Shown here: positions 9,386 through 17,864 of the stretch, piece by piece
Layout: every line of letters starts with the position of its first letter
How positions within the stretch are numbered: position 1 is the first letter of the stretch
NCBI GenBank assembly: GCA_025363585.1
Contig: JANYDN010000315.1
Coordinates: 1 to 61,758 of the forward strand
Direction of reading: 5' to 3'
Source of the DNA: Verrucomicrobiota bacterium
GTDB lineage: Bacteria > Verrucomicrobiota > Verrucomicrobiia > Limisphaerales > UBA9464
DNA: 61,758 nt
Translations under genes and position numbers: made by a program
The notes under the pieces: model-generated
The model's database searches: none
Seen by the model: the letters and a program-made list of their open reading frames with translations, nothing else
Told to the model about the DNA's origin: nothing

Positions 9386-10573
9386 ATGTCCATTCCCCAG
9401 CGCAAATTCGTGGCCGACCACGTCGCCGGCATCCCGCGGTCCGGGATCCGCGATTTCTTCGACGTGGTCCAAAGCATGCCCGACGCCATCTCGCTAGGCG
9501 TCGGCGAGCCGGATTTCGTCACCCCTTGGCACATCCGCGAGGCCGCCATCTACGCGCTGGAACGGGGCCGCACGCAGTACACGGCCAACCTCGGGCTGCT
9601 CCGCCTGCGCGAGTCCATCGCCCGGTACGTCTCGAAGAAGTTCGGCGTGAACTATGATCCAAAGTCGCAGGTGCTGGTAGCCGTCGGCGTGTCCGAGGCC
9701 CTGGATCTCGCGCTGCGCGCGGTGCTGAACCCGGGCGACGAGGTCATCTACCACGAGCCGTGCTACGTCAGCTACGCGCCGTCCGTCCTGCTCGCCCACG
9801 CCACGCCCGTGCCGGTGTCGTGCCGGCCCGAGGATGGGTTCGCCGTGAGCGCGCGCGCGATCGAGGCAAAGATCACGCCGCGCACAAAAGTGCTGATGAT
9901 CTCGTTCCCGACCAACCCGACGGGCGGCACCATGACCCGCGCCCAGTTGCTCGAGATCGCCGAGGTCGCCATCCGGCACGACCTGCTGGTGCTCACCGAC
10001 GAGATCTATTCGGAGCTCACGTTCGAGGGCGAGCACGTGTCGATCGCGTCGCTCCCGGGCATGGCGGAGCGGACGATCTTCCTGCACGGGTTCTCGAAGG
10101 CGTTCGCGATGACGGGATTCCGGATCGGGTACGCGTGCGGTCCGGCGGAATTGATCGAGGCAATGATGAAGGTGCACCAATACGCGATCATGTGCGCGAG
10201 CATCATCGCGCAGGAAGCGGCGGTGGAGGCGCTGGAAAACGGCGACGCGGCCGCGGCGGAAATGCGCGACCAATATTGCATGCGGCGGAACTTCATCGTG
10301 AAAGCGCTGAACGACATGGGGCTGCCGTGCCACCGGCCGCGCGGATCGTTCTACGCGTTCCCGGACATCCGGGGCACCGGGCTGGGATCGCGCGATTTCG
10401 CGGTGCGGTTGCTGCAGGAGGAAAAAGTCGCGGCGGTGCCGGGCGGCGCGTTCGGGCCGACGGGCGAGGGATTCCTGCGGATGTGTTTCGCGACGGCGAT
10501 CGACCAGATCCAGATCGCGATGGAGCGCACGGCGCGTTTCGTCGAGCGCGTGCGGAAGGAGCAGGGGCGTTGA
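9386..10573 (+). CDS. Class I/II pyridoxal-phosphate aminotransferase (aspartate/aromatic-like)
   Basis: Start MSIPQRKF at 9386. Motifs SGIRDFF, LGVGEPDF, YTANLG, FPTNPTG, SKAFAMTGFRIGY (PLP lysine) and LRMCFA. Confidence 0.85.
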   Translation: MSIPQRKFVADHVAGIPRSGIRDFFDVVQSMPDAISLGVGEPDFVTPWHIREAAIYALERGRTQYTANLGLLRLRESIARYVSKKFGVNYDPKSQVLVAVGVSEALDLALRAVLNPGDEVIYHEPCYVSYAPSVLLAHATPVPVSCRPEDGFAVSARAIEAKITPRTKVLMISFPTNPTGGTMTRAQLLEIAEVAIRHDLLVLTDEIYSELTFEGEHVSIASLPGMAERTIFLHGFSKAFAMTGFRIGYACGPAELIEAMMKVHQYAIMCASIIAQEAAVEALENGDAAAAEMRDQYCMRRNFIVKALNDMGLPCHRPRGSFYAFPDIRGTGLGSRDFAVRLLQEEKVAAVPGGAFGPTGEGFLRMCFATAIDQIQIAMERTARFVERVRKEQGR

Positions 10574-10622
10574 ACCCGCGTCCCATCGACACCGCCCCGG
10601 GGTTCGTCCACGTTCCGGCGCG

Positions 10623-11360
10623 ATGAACCCGGCCCCGCTGATGCCGTCGCTCGCGCGTGTTGTGCGCGGATTGTCGGCGTTGTTCTGGGGTTTGCCGTTG
10701 GCGTTGTTGACCTGCGTGAAGACGGCGATGGGCGACACGTGGCGGATTTTCGGGGTGTGGGGCACGCCGTTGTGGAGGTCGCGCGGGGTGGCGGGCGTGC
10801 TGCTCGACGCGTACGCGGTGGCGCTCCCGGGTTTGGCGGCGCTGGCGCTGTTGTTGTACGGGCTGCGTTCGTTGGTGCGCTTCCAGCCGCAGGAGCGCGT
10901 CTGGACGGGCGCGGTGGAACGGGCCAGCGTCCTGAACTGGGTCTTGATCGGCCTGCTGCCGTTCGCGCACTGGTGGAACGTGCGTCCGTCGCAGCCGATT
11001 TTCCTGCAGGGCTTGGGGCTGCTGGTGGTGTGCGGCATCGGGTTCATGCTCGCGTTGAACGGCGTCCTGTCGCGGTTGGCGGCGATGCTTCCCGACGAGG
11101 TGCTCCGCTCCGACACGCGGTTGTTCACGCGGGTCAACGGTTGGTTGATCGGGATCCTCGCCGCCTTGTTGTCGCTCGAATGGCTCGCGATGGTTTTGCC
11201 GGCGCGGGTGCCCCTCGTGCTGCACGTGTTCCTCGACGACGTGTCCGAATCCCGGAACTGGCTGTTCACCATGCTGGCGCTGCTGCCGTTGGCGCTGACG
11301 ATGACGCTCGTCTGGAAAGCCAAGGAGGCGATCCTGGCCAGCGTCTTCCGGGGGCATTGA
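10623..11360 (+). CDS. Hypothetical polytopic membrane protein
   Basis: 245-aa ORF with 5-6 hydrophobic helices and coding-like GC3. I recognise no family. Confidence 0.5.
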   Translation: MNPAPLMPSLARVVRGLSALFWGLPLALLTCVKTAMGDTWRIFGVWGTPLWRSRGVAGVLLDAYAVALPGLAALALLLYGLRSLVRFQPQERVWTGAVERASVLNWVLIGLLPFAHWWNVRPSQPIFLQGLGLLVVCGIGFMLALNGVLSRLAAMLPDEVLRSDTRLFTRVNGWLIGILAALLSLEWLAMVLPARVPLVLHVFLDDVSESRNWLFTMLALLPLALTMTLVWKAKEAILASVFRGH

Positions 11361-11568
11361 GCCGGAACGATTCGTTAGGCAAACGGGAATTCCTCGCGCC
11401 AAGCGGGACCAAGGCCGGCCAAGGGGCCACAAAGGTGGATTGGGATGCCCGCATCGAATCCCACCGTTCGGTGAGCTGACAACCGATGGTCTTTGTTCCC
11501 CTTGGATGGCCTTGGTCCGGCTTGGCGTGAAATATTTCCTCGGCCGCGACTGCATCGTTCCTGCTGAG

Positions 11569-11780
11569 GGAGGGGGCGAGTTTCAAGATTCAAGTTTGAA
11601 GAGGCTGCGTCGTCGGCCGTCGTCCGCCCGGCTTGAATCTTGAAACTTGAATCTTGAAACTCAGGACCGCTCCCCGCCCCGCCGACGCGATCCACCGAGG
11701 TCCACGGTCTCACGACCACAGCGACGACGTCCTCGGGCTTGAAACTTGAATCCTGAAACTTGAAACTCCTCCCTTCCCTA
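11569..11780. repeat. Family B repeats (TTGAAAC/TTGAATC words) in inverted arrangement
   Basis: gagtttcaagattcaagtttgaag faces cttgaatcttgaaacttgaatcttgaaactc and cttgaaacttgaatcctgaaacttgaaactcc. The same words recur at 30789-30817 and 33664-33693. Confidence 0.7.
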
Positions 11781-11869
11781 AATTCCTGTAACTCCCGCGT
11801 GCGCCGGGGAGTCACAAGCGCTGTACGTCACCAGCTAGAAGTCATCACAACAATCCATCGGAGGATCCC

Positions 11870-12481
11870 ATGAAGAATCGCATCATGCGTCTCGTTTCGG
11901 CGGCCGGCTTTGCCGCCGCGCTCACGATCGCGACCGCCCAGGTGGCGGCGCAGGACAACAACGCCGACACCCAGGGCCAAGGCGGCGGACGTCGCAATGG
12001 CGGCGGCGGCAATTTCGATCCCGAGGCCATGCGTCAGCGCATGAACGAACGGATGAAGGAGCAGTTTGGCGTGAAGGACGACGCCGAGTGGAAGTTGATC
12101 TCCGAACGCGTCGAGAAGGTCAACGAGGCGCGCCGCGAGGTCGGCGGCGGCCGCGGCATGATGGGCATGATGGGACGCGGGGGCCCCGGTGGTCCCGGTG
12201 GCGGCGGACCCGGTGGCGCCGCCCCGGACGCGGGTGGTGCCGGCGGCGGGGGTCGCCGCGGTGGAGGCGGATTCGGCGGGACGCCGAGCCCCGAGGCGGA
12301 ATCGCTGCAGAAGGCAATCGAGGCCAACGCGCCGGCCGACGAGATCAAGTCGAAGCTCGCCAAGTACCGGACGTCGCAGAAGGACAAGCAGGCCAAGCTG
12401 GAGAAATCCCAGGAAGACCTGCGCCAGGTCCTCTCCGTGAAGCAGGAAGCCCAGGCCGTGTTGATGGGTCTTCTCAAGTAA
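11870..12481 (+). CDS. Secreted glycine-rich helical protein, possibly CpxP/Spy-like with an LTXXQ-type motif
   Basis: Signal peptide MKNRIMRLVSAAGFAAALTIATAQVAA. Long G-rich tracts lie between charged helices. C-terminal LSVKQEAQAVL resembles the LTXXQ motif. First gene upstream of gspE. Confidence 0.55.
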   Translation: MKNRIMRLVSAAGFAAALTIATAQVAAQDNNADTQGQGGGRRNGGGGNFDPEAMRQRMNERMKEQFGVKDDAEWKLISERVEKVNEARREVGGGRGMMGMMGRGGPGGPGGGGPGGAAPDAGGAGGGGRRGGGGFGGTPSPEAESLQKAIEANAPADEIKSKLAKYRTSQKDKQAKLEKSQEDLRQVLSVKQEAQAVLMGLLK

Positions 12482-12492
12482 TCGATACCACG

Positions 12493-12530
12493 GCGGCGGG
12501 CCATCCTCCGGCCCGCCGCGTTTCCCTTTC
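12493..12530 (+). terminator. Possible weak terminator/attenuator hairpin between the Gly-rich protein gene and gspE
   Basis: ggcgggcc atcctcc ggcccgcc followed by gcgtttcccttt. The T-tract is poor. Confidence 0.3.
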
Positions 12531-12533
12531 GCC

Positions 12534-14258
12534 ATGTCCGATGCTTCTCCCGTCACAGCGCTTCTCGACCGCATGGTCGGCGACCGCCAGTTGTCCGCCG
12601 ACGACGCGCGGACGCTCGCATCCCTGCGCGACGACGCCGCCCCGACGTCCGAGTCGGAAGTGCTGAAGTGGCTTGCGCGGGAATACGAGGTCCCGTTCAA
12701 CGCGCTGGACGACATCGATCCCGAGAAACAGGTCCTCGGCCTTTTTCCCGCGCGCATCCTCCTTCGCGAGGAACTCCTGCCCCTCCGCCGCGACAACGGC
12801 ACCGTCGAGGTCGCCACCAGCCGGTTGTTTGCCACGCAGGGACTCGACGCGCTGAAATCGCTGACCGGGCTCCACCTGCAGCCGGTCCTGGCGCCGCGCG
12901 AGGCGATCCTCCGCGAGATGAAGAAGCGCCTCGGCGTCGGCGCGGACACGATCGACACCCTCGGCGAGGAGGAATCGTTCCAGGTCGTCGACGAGGATGG
13001 TTCGGAGGACACCAATCTCGACACGGCGGCCGAGGACGCGTCGATCATCCGGTTCGTCAACCAGGTGTTGCGCGACGCCATCGACCTGCGGGCGTCCGAC
13101 ATCCATCTCGAGCCGTTCGAGGACGAGATGCGGATCCGGTACCGCATCGACGGCGTGCTGCAGGACGTGCCGGTGCCGGCGCAGATCAAGCGCTTCCAGC
13201 CCGCGATCGTCTCTCGCGTCAAGATCCTCAGCCACCTGAACATCGCCGAGAAGCGGTTGCCGCAGGACGGACGCATCAAGATCCGGCTCGACGCCGCGGA
13301 GGTGGACATCCGCGTGTCGGTGATCCCGATGTTGCACGGCGAGGCGGTGGTGATGCGTTTGCTGCGCCAGAATTCCGCGTTGCGCGGCATGGGCCAGATG
13401 GGGATGGACGACCGCGAACTGGTTTCGTTCCGGCGCGTCCTCGGGTTGCCGCACGGCATCATCCTCGTCACCGGACCCACCGGCAGCGGCAAGACCTCGA
13501 CGCTCTACACGGCGCTCGGGGAGATCAACGATTCGGTCCGCAAGATCATCACCATCGAGGATCCGATCGAGTACCAGTTGAAGGGCATCAACCAGATCCA
13601 GGTGTCCGAGAAATCGGGACTGACGTTTGCCCGCGGTCTCCGCGCGATCCTGCGCCACGATCCCGACGTGCTGCTGATCGGCGAAATCCGCGACGCGGAA
13701 ACGGCGACGATCGCGGTGCAGGCATCGCTGACGGGCCATTTGGTTTTCTCGACCCTTCACACGAATGACGCGCCCGGCGCGTTGACCCGTCTCGTGGACA
13801 TGGGCGTCGAGCCGTATCTCGTCGCGTCGTCGCTCGAGGCCGTGCTCGCCCAACGCCTCGTGCGCGTCCTGTGCCCGCATTGCAAACAAGTCGATGTCTC
13901 GCCGACGGCGCGGACATTGGCCTCGGACCTGGGGTTCCCGTCGGATACGTCGATCTACCGCTCGGTCGGTTGCCGCGAGTGCCGGAACACCGGTTACCAT
14001 GGCCGCCGCGGCATCTTCGAGTGGATGGACACGACTCCCGAAATCCGCCGGCTCATCCTGAAGAATTCCTCGAGCGGCGAGATCCGCGACGCGGCGCGGC
14101 GCGGTGGGATGCGGATGCTGGCCGACGACGGCTGGCGGCTCGTGCGCCTCGGGGTCACGACGCCGGAGGAAGTGCTGCGCGTCACGAAGGCGCAGACGGA
14201 CGGCGAGGAGAAGAAGGCCAACAACGCCGCCGAGATCGTCGCCACCGCCGCGGGTTGA
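12534..14258 (+). CDS. gspE: Type II secretion / type IV pilus assembly ATPase
   Basis: T2SSE N-terminal domain. Walker A GPTGSGKTST. Asp and His boxes. Tetracysteine CPHC...CRECRNTGYHGRRGIFE. Confidence 0.9.
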   Translation: MSDASPVTALLDRMVGDRQLSADDARTLASLRDDAAPTSESEVLKWLAREYEVPFNALDDIDPEKQVLGLFPARILLREELLPLRRDNGTVEVATSRLFATQGLDALKSLTGLHLQPVLAPREAILREMKKRLGVGADTIDTLGEEESFQVVDEDGSEDTNLDTAAEDASIIRFVNQVLRDAIDLRASDIHLEPFEDEMRIRYRIDGVLQDVPVPAQIKRFQPAIVSRVKILSHLNIAEKRLPQDGRIKIRLDAAEVDIRVSVIPMLHGEAVVMRLLRQNSALRGMGQMGMDDRELVSFRRVLGLPHGIILVTGPTGSGKTSTLYTALGEINDSVRKIITIEDPIEYQLKGINQIQVSEKSGLTFARGLRAILRHDPDVLLIGEIRDAETATIAVQASLTGHLVFSTLHTNDAPGALTRLVDMGVEPYLVASSLEAVLAQRLVRVLCPHCKQVDVSPTARTLASDLGFPSDTSIYRSVGCRECRNTGYHGRRGIFEWMDTTPEIRRLILKNSSSGEIRDAARRGGMRMLADDGWRLVRLGVTTPEEVLRVTKAQTDGEEKKANNAAEIVATAAG

Positions 14259-14271
14259 AGGGATTTTCCCA

Positions 14272-15594
14272 ATGGCATCCTTTCATTACCGCGCGATGCA
14301 GCCCAACGGCTCGGTCGCCGAGGGACAACTCGACGCCGGCAACCGTGCCGAGGCCCTTCGCCTGATCGAGGCCAAGGGACTCCGCCCGATCCGCCTCAAC
14401 GAAAACGGCGTCGCCGCCGCGTCGGGCCCCTCCCGTCCCGCCGCGCGTCGCGAATCGGCGGCACCCGCCAAGACGGCGGCGAAAGCAGTGGCGAAGGATT
14501 CGGCGAAGGAAACGCCGGGCGGCGTGGGTCCGCTCAAACTGGGGTTGGGCCAGGGCAAGATCACTCCCCGCATTCTCGAGAATTTCACGCGGCTACTCGC
14601 GAGCCTCCTCGCGGCGGGCGTGCCGCTGAGCCGCGCGCTGGTGATCCTCCAGCGCGAGGCGGCGAATCCCGCGGCGCGCGCCCAGTGGAAGGAAATCCAC
14701 GATCTCGTCGTCGACGGACTCGCGCTCGCGGACGCGATGGGCCGGTCGCCGTCGACGTTTCCCAAGGTCTACGTGGCGATGGTGGAGGCGGGAGAGGCGG
14801 GCGGGTTCCTGGATTTGGTGCTCGGCCAGATCGCCGACTTCCAGGCGCGCGAGAAGGAGATGCGGGCGAAGGCGACCGCGGCGCTGATGTACCCGGTGAT
14901 CCTGGCGGTGCTCGCGATCGGTGTCCTCGTCTTCCTTCTCGTGTTCTTCATCCCGAGGTTCCAGTTGATCTTCGCGAGCTTCGGCGCGGAGTTGCCGTTG
15001 ATCACGCGGATCATCATCGGCGTGAGCGAGGTGCTTCGTGGCTACGGGTTGCTGATTTTGGGGGCGTTCGTGGTCGCCGCGTTCCTGCTCCGGACGTGGT
15101 TGACGTCGGCGGCGGGTCGACGCGTGTGGGAGGGACAGATTCTGCGCGCGCCGGCGGTCGGGCCGCTGATCGCCCAGTTCGCGATGTCCCGCTTTTGCCG
15201 CATGCTCGGCACCCTGCTGGGTGCCGGCGTGCCGCTCGTCAACAGCCTCAACGTCGCCCGCCGCTCGATCGGCAACCAGATCCTCGTCGACGCGGTGTCG
15301 AATTCCATCGAGCGCGTGAAGGAGGGCAAGGCGCTCGGGCCGAGTCTCGGCGGCTGCCGCGCGTTGTTCTCGGGCTCGACGTTGGAAATGATTTCCGTCG
15401 CGGAGGAGAGCGGGAAGCTGGACCGCGAACTCGTGCGGTTGGCGAACACCACCGAGGGAGAGCTCGACCAACAATTGAAGATCGTCGTGGCTCTGGCCGA
15501 GCCGATCATGCTTTTCCTCATCGCCGGCTTCATCGGCGTGATTTTCATCGGCATGCTGCTTCCCATCTTCTCCCTTCAGGACCACATCAAGTGA
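14272..15594 (+). CDS. gspF: Type II secretion inner-membrane platform protein
   Basis: Start MASFHYRAMQ at 14272. Two T2SSF repeats separated by TM helices. It has an unusual Ala/Pro-rich insert after the first helical bundle. Confidence 0.85.
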   Translation: MASFHYRAMQPNGSVAEGQLDAGNRAEALRLIEAKGLRPIRLNENGVAAASGPSRPAARRESAAPAKTAAKAVAKDSAKETPGGVGPLKLGLGQGKITPRILENFTRLLASLLAAGVPLSRALVILQREAANPAARAQWKEIHDLVVDGLALADAMGRSPSTFPKVYVAMVEAGEAGGFLDLVLGQIADFQAREKEMRAKATAALMYPVILAVLAIGVLVFLLVFFIPRFQLIFASFGAELPLITRIIIGVSEVLRGYGLLILGAFVVAAFLLRTWLTSAAGRRVWEGQILRAPAVGPLIAQFAMSRFCRMLGTLLGAGVPLVNSLNVARRSIGNQILVDAVSNSIERVKEGKALGPSLGGCRALFSGSTLEMISVAEESGKLDRELVRLANTTEGELDQQLKIVVALAEPIMLFLIAGFIGVIFIGMLLPIFSLQDHIK

Positions 15595-15614
15595 TCTTCA
15601 AACAAACCCATCCC

Positions 15615-16070
15615 ATGAGAACGAACCGAATCCACTCGGCCGGGCGGCAGCGTCGCGGCGGCTTCACGCTCATCGAGCTCCTGCTGGTGCTCGTCATCCT
15701 CGGCATCCTCGCGGCCGTCGTGTTGCCCAAATTCGCCAACCGCGGCGAACAGGCGCGCCAGGCCGCGGCGGCGACGCAGATCTCCAACTTCAGCACGGCG
15801 CTCGACGCGTTCGAGGTCGACACCGGTCGTTTTCCGCACGGCAAGAATGGCCTGCAGGACCTCTTCGTCATGCCGCGCGACGCCCAGAATTGGCGCGGAC
15901 CGTACATGAAGGACGCGCTGCCCAAGGATCCCTGGGGCAACGAGTACGTGTACGAGTGCCCCGGCAAACACAACCCCAGCGGCTACGACCTGTATTCCAT
16001 GGGCCTCGATGCCCGCGCCGGGACCGAAGACGATGTCACCAACTGGCAAAACCAGAACCAGAAGCGCTGA
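15615..16070 (+). CDS. gspG: Major pseudopilin
   Basis: Prepilin leader ending RRG|GFTLIELLLVLVILGILAAVV. GspG-type core: RGPYM, DPWGNEY.Y..PG, YDLYS.G.D. Confidence 0.85.
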   Translation: MRTNRIHSAGRQRRGGFTLIELLLVLVILGILAAVVLPKFANRGEQARQAAAATQISNFSTALDAFEVDTGRFPHGKNGLQDLFVMPRDAQNWRGPYMKDALPKDPWGNEYVYECPGKHNPSGYDLYSMGLDARAGTEDDVTNWQNQNQKR

Positions 16071-16650
16071 CGCGCGCGGCCGCGCCGGGTTCACGCTCAT
16101 CGAGCTGATCCTGGTGATGGCCGTGCTCGCCATCGTCCTCATGATCATGGCGCCGTCCCTCGGGAATTTTTTCCGGGGCCGGACGCTGGATTCCGAGGCG
16201 CGCCGGTTCGTGTCGTTGACCCGCTACGCGGAAAGCCGCGCGGTGTCCGAAGGTTCCCCCATGTTGCTTTGGATCGATCCCCAACTGCGCGCCTACGGGC
16301 TCGCCGAGGAACTCAGTTTCTCCGGCGGCGGCAGCGGAGCGCAGGCGGATCCGCATGCGGTCGAGTACAGCGTGGGACGCGAGGTGATGATGGATATCGT
16401 GGCGCCCGTCTCCGCGGCGGCGCGACGCGAGCAGGCGCAGAACGGCGCGCGCCTCGGGCGCAACGCCACGGTCATCCGTTTCCAGCCGGACGGATTCATG
16501 GGCGAGGGCGGGCCCGACGCGATTGCTTTCCGGCCGGACCCCGCCACCGGCCGCAGGGTCGATCCCTACGACGCCGTGTGGGTCGCCAAGACCTACAACC
16601 AACTCCACTATGAAATTCCCACGAACCAACTCGTCTACGTGCGCCGCTGA
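16033..16650 (+). CDS. Minor pseudopilin, GspH-like
   Basis: Prepilin motif RAGFTLIELILVMAVLAI. About 200 aa. Second pseudopilin position in the operon. The start is uncertain (16009 or 16033) and overlaps the gspG end. Confidence 0.6.
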   Translation: MSPTGKTRTRSADARGRAGFTLIELILVMAVLAIVLMIMAPSLGNFFRGRTLDSEARRFVSLTRYAESRAVSEGSPMLLWIDPQLRAYGLAEELSFSGGGSGAQADPHAVEYSVGREVMMDIVAPVSAAARREQAQNGARLGRNATVIRFQPDGFMGEGGPDAIAFRPDPATGRRVDPYDAVWVAKTYNQLHYEIPTNQLVYVRR

Positions 16651-17071
16651 CGGCGCGCGCGGCGTGGCTCGGCGGTTTTTCGCCCTGTCGCCGCGTCGGC
16701 CGCTTGCCGTTCGCGCCGCGGGCTTCACGCTCATCGAGGCGATCGCGGCAATGATGTTTCTCGCGATTGTCATCCCGGTGGCCGTGCAGGGACTGCAGAT
16801 CGCCAGCCGCGCGGGAACGGTGGCGCTGCGCAAGAGCGAGGCGGTCCACGTCGCCGACCATCTGCTCGGCGAGATGGTCGCGACGGGCCAGTGGAAGCTG
16901 TCGGGCGGCGGCACGGTGCGGGAAGGCATCCATGAATACCGTTGGAAAGTGGAATCCCGGGCCTGGGAGAAAGATGCGTTGAAACTGGTTTCGCTGCAGG
17001 TGGTCTACAGCGTTCAGAACCGCGACTACGATGTCCGGGTGAGCACGTTGCTCGACCCGAACCAGCAGTGA
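16610..17071 (+). CDS. Minor pseudopilin, GspI-like
   Basis: AAGFTLIEAIAAMMFLAIV prepilin motif with a small globular domain. Start is ATG 16610 or GTG 16664. Confidence 0.6.
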   Translation: MKFPRTNSSTCAADGARGVARRFFALSPRRPLAVRAAGFTLIEAIAAMMFLAIVIPVAVQGLQIASRAGTVALRKSEAVHVADHLLGEMVATGQWKLSGGGTVREGIHEYRWKVESRAWEKDALKLVSLQVVYSVQNRDYDVRVSTLLDPNQQ

Positions 17072-17093
17072 CCGACCAGGACGCCAGCAAACG

Positions 17094-17864
17094 ATGAACG
17101 CCGTGCCGCCCACCACCCGATCCTCCGGAATCCCGGCGGCGGCGTGGCGTCGCGGGCCGGCCGGCCAGGCGTTCACTCTGATCGAATTGCTGCTGGCGAT
17201 CGCGATTTTCTCGTTGGTTCTCAGCGCCATCAGCGGCGTTTTCTACGGCGCGATGCGGTTGCGGACGCGCACGAGCGAGGCCATCGAGGAGGCCCTGCCG
17301 GTCCAGCGCGCGCTCGCGATCCTCCGCAAGGACCTCGCGGGCATCGTCCTTCCCCGCGGAACCATCCAGAGCAATCTCGTGGTGGCGGCGGGTTCGGGCG
17401 AGGGCTCGGTGCAGGACTCCGACACCGCCATCTACACCTCGAGCGCCGCGGTTTCGCCGAACCTGCCGTGGGGCGAGGTCCAGCGGGTTTGGTACGGACT
17501 GCGCCCGCCGACCAACGCGTACGCGTCGTATGGGAAGGATCTCGTCCGCTTCGTGGTGCGCAACCCGCTGCCGGTGCTCCAGGACGACGTCGACGAGCAG
17601 CACATTCTCGGCGGCGTCCTTCGCCTGGAGTTTTCCTTCTACGACGGCACGACCTGGCAGACCTCGTGGAACACGTCCAACCAGACGGCCGTCCTGCCCG
17701 CGGCCGTGAAGGTCCTGCTCACGATGGCGGACAATCCCGCCCGCCGCGTCCCGGGCGCTTCCACCGGCCCCGGGCAGGCCCCGTTCCAAGTGGTCGTTCC
17801 CATCCTGCTCGGCGCGACGAACGCCGCCAGCACGACGGACTCGACCGGGGGAGGGCAGCCGTGA
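17094..17864 (+). CDS. Minor pseudopilin, GspJ-like
   Basis: GQAFTLIELLLAIAIFSLV prepilin motif. About 250 aa. Position before gspK. Confidence 0.6.
   Translation: MNAVPPTTRSSGIPAAAWRRGPAGQAFTLIELLLAIAIFSLVLSAISGVFYGAMRLRTRTSEAIEEALPVQRALAILRKDLAGIVLPRGTIQSNLVVAAGSGEGSVQDSDTAIYTSSAAVSPNLPWGEVQRVWYGLRPPTNAYASYGKDLVRFVVRNPLPVLQDDVDEQHILGGVLRLEFSFYDGTTWQTSWNTSNQTAVLPAAVKVLLTMADNPARRVPGASTGPGQAPFQVVVPILLGATNAASTTDSTGGGQP

Noticed and set aside
9494-11323. Very long antisense ORFs. Examples: 9494..11323(-), 6880..8529(-), 17639..19639(-), 25334..28177(-), 33744..36380(-), 41069..43978(-), 47638..49386(-).
   Set aside because: They are Arg/Pro/Gly/Ala-rich, motif-free translations lying opposite genes with clear family signatures. 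These are typical stop-poor shadow frames of very GC-rich DNA.
11569-11780. The repeat arrays (families B, C, D) as possible CRISPR arrays.
   Set aside because: There is no regular repeat-spacer periodicity. The units are 6-7-nt words in inverted arms. No cas genes are present.
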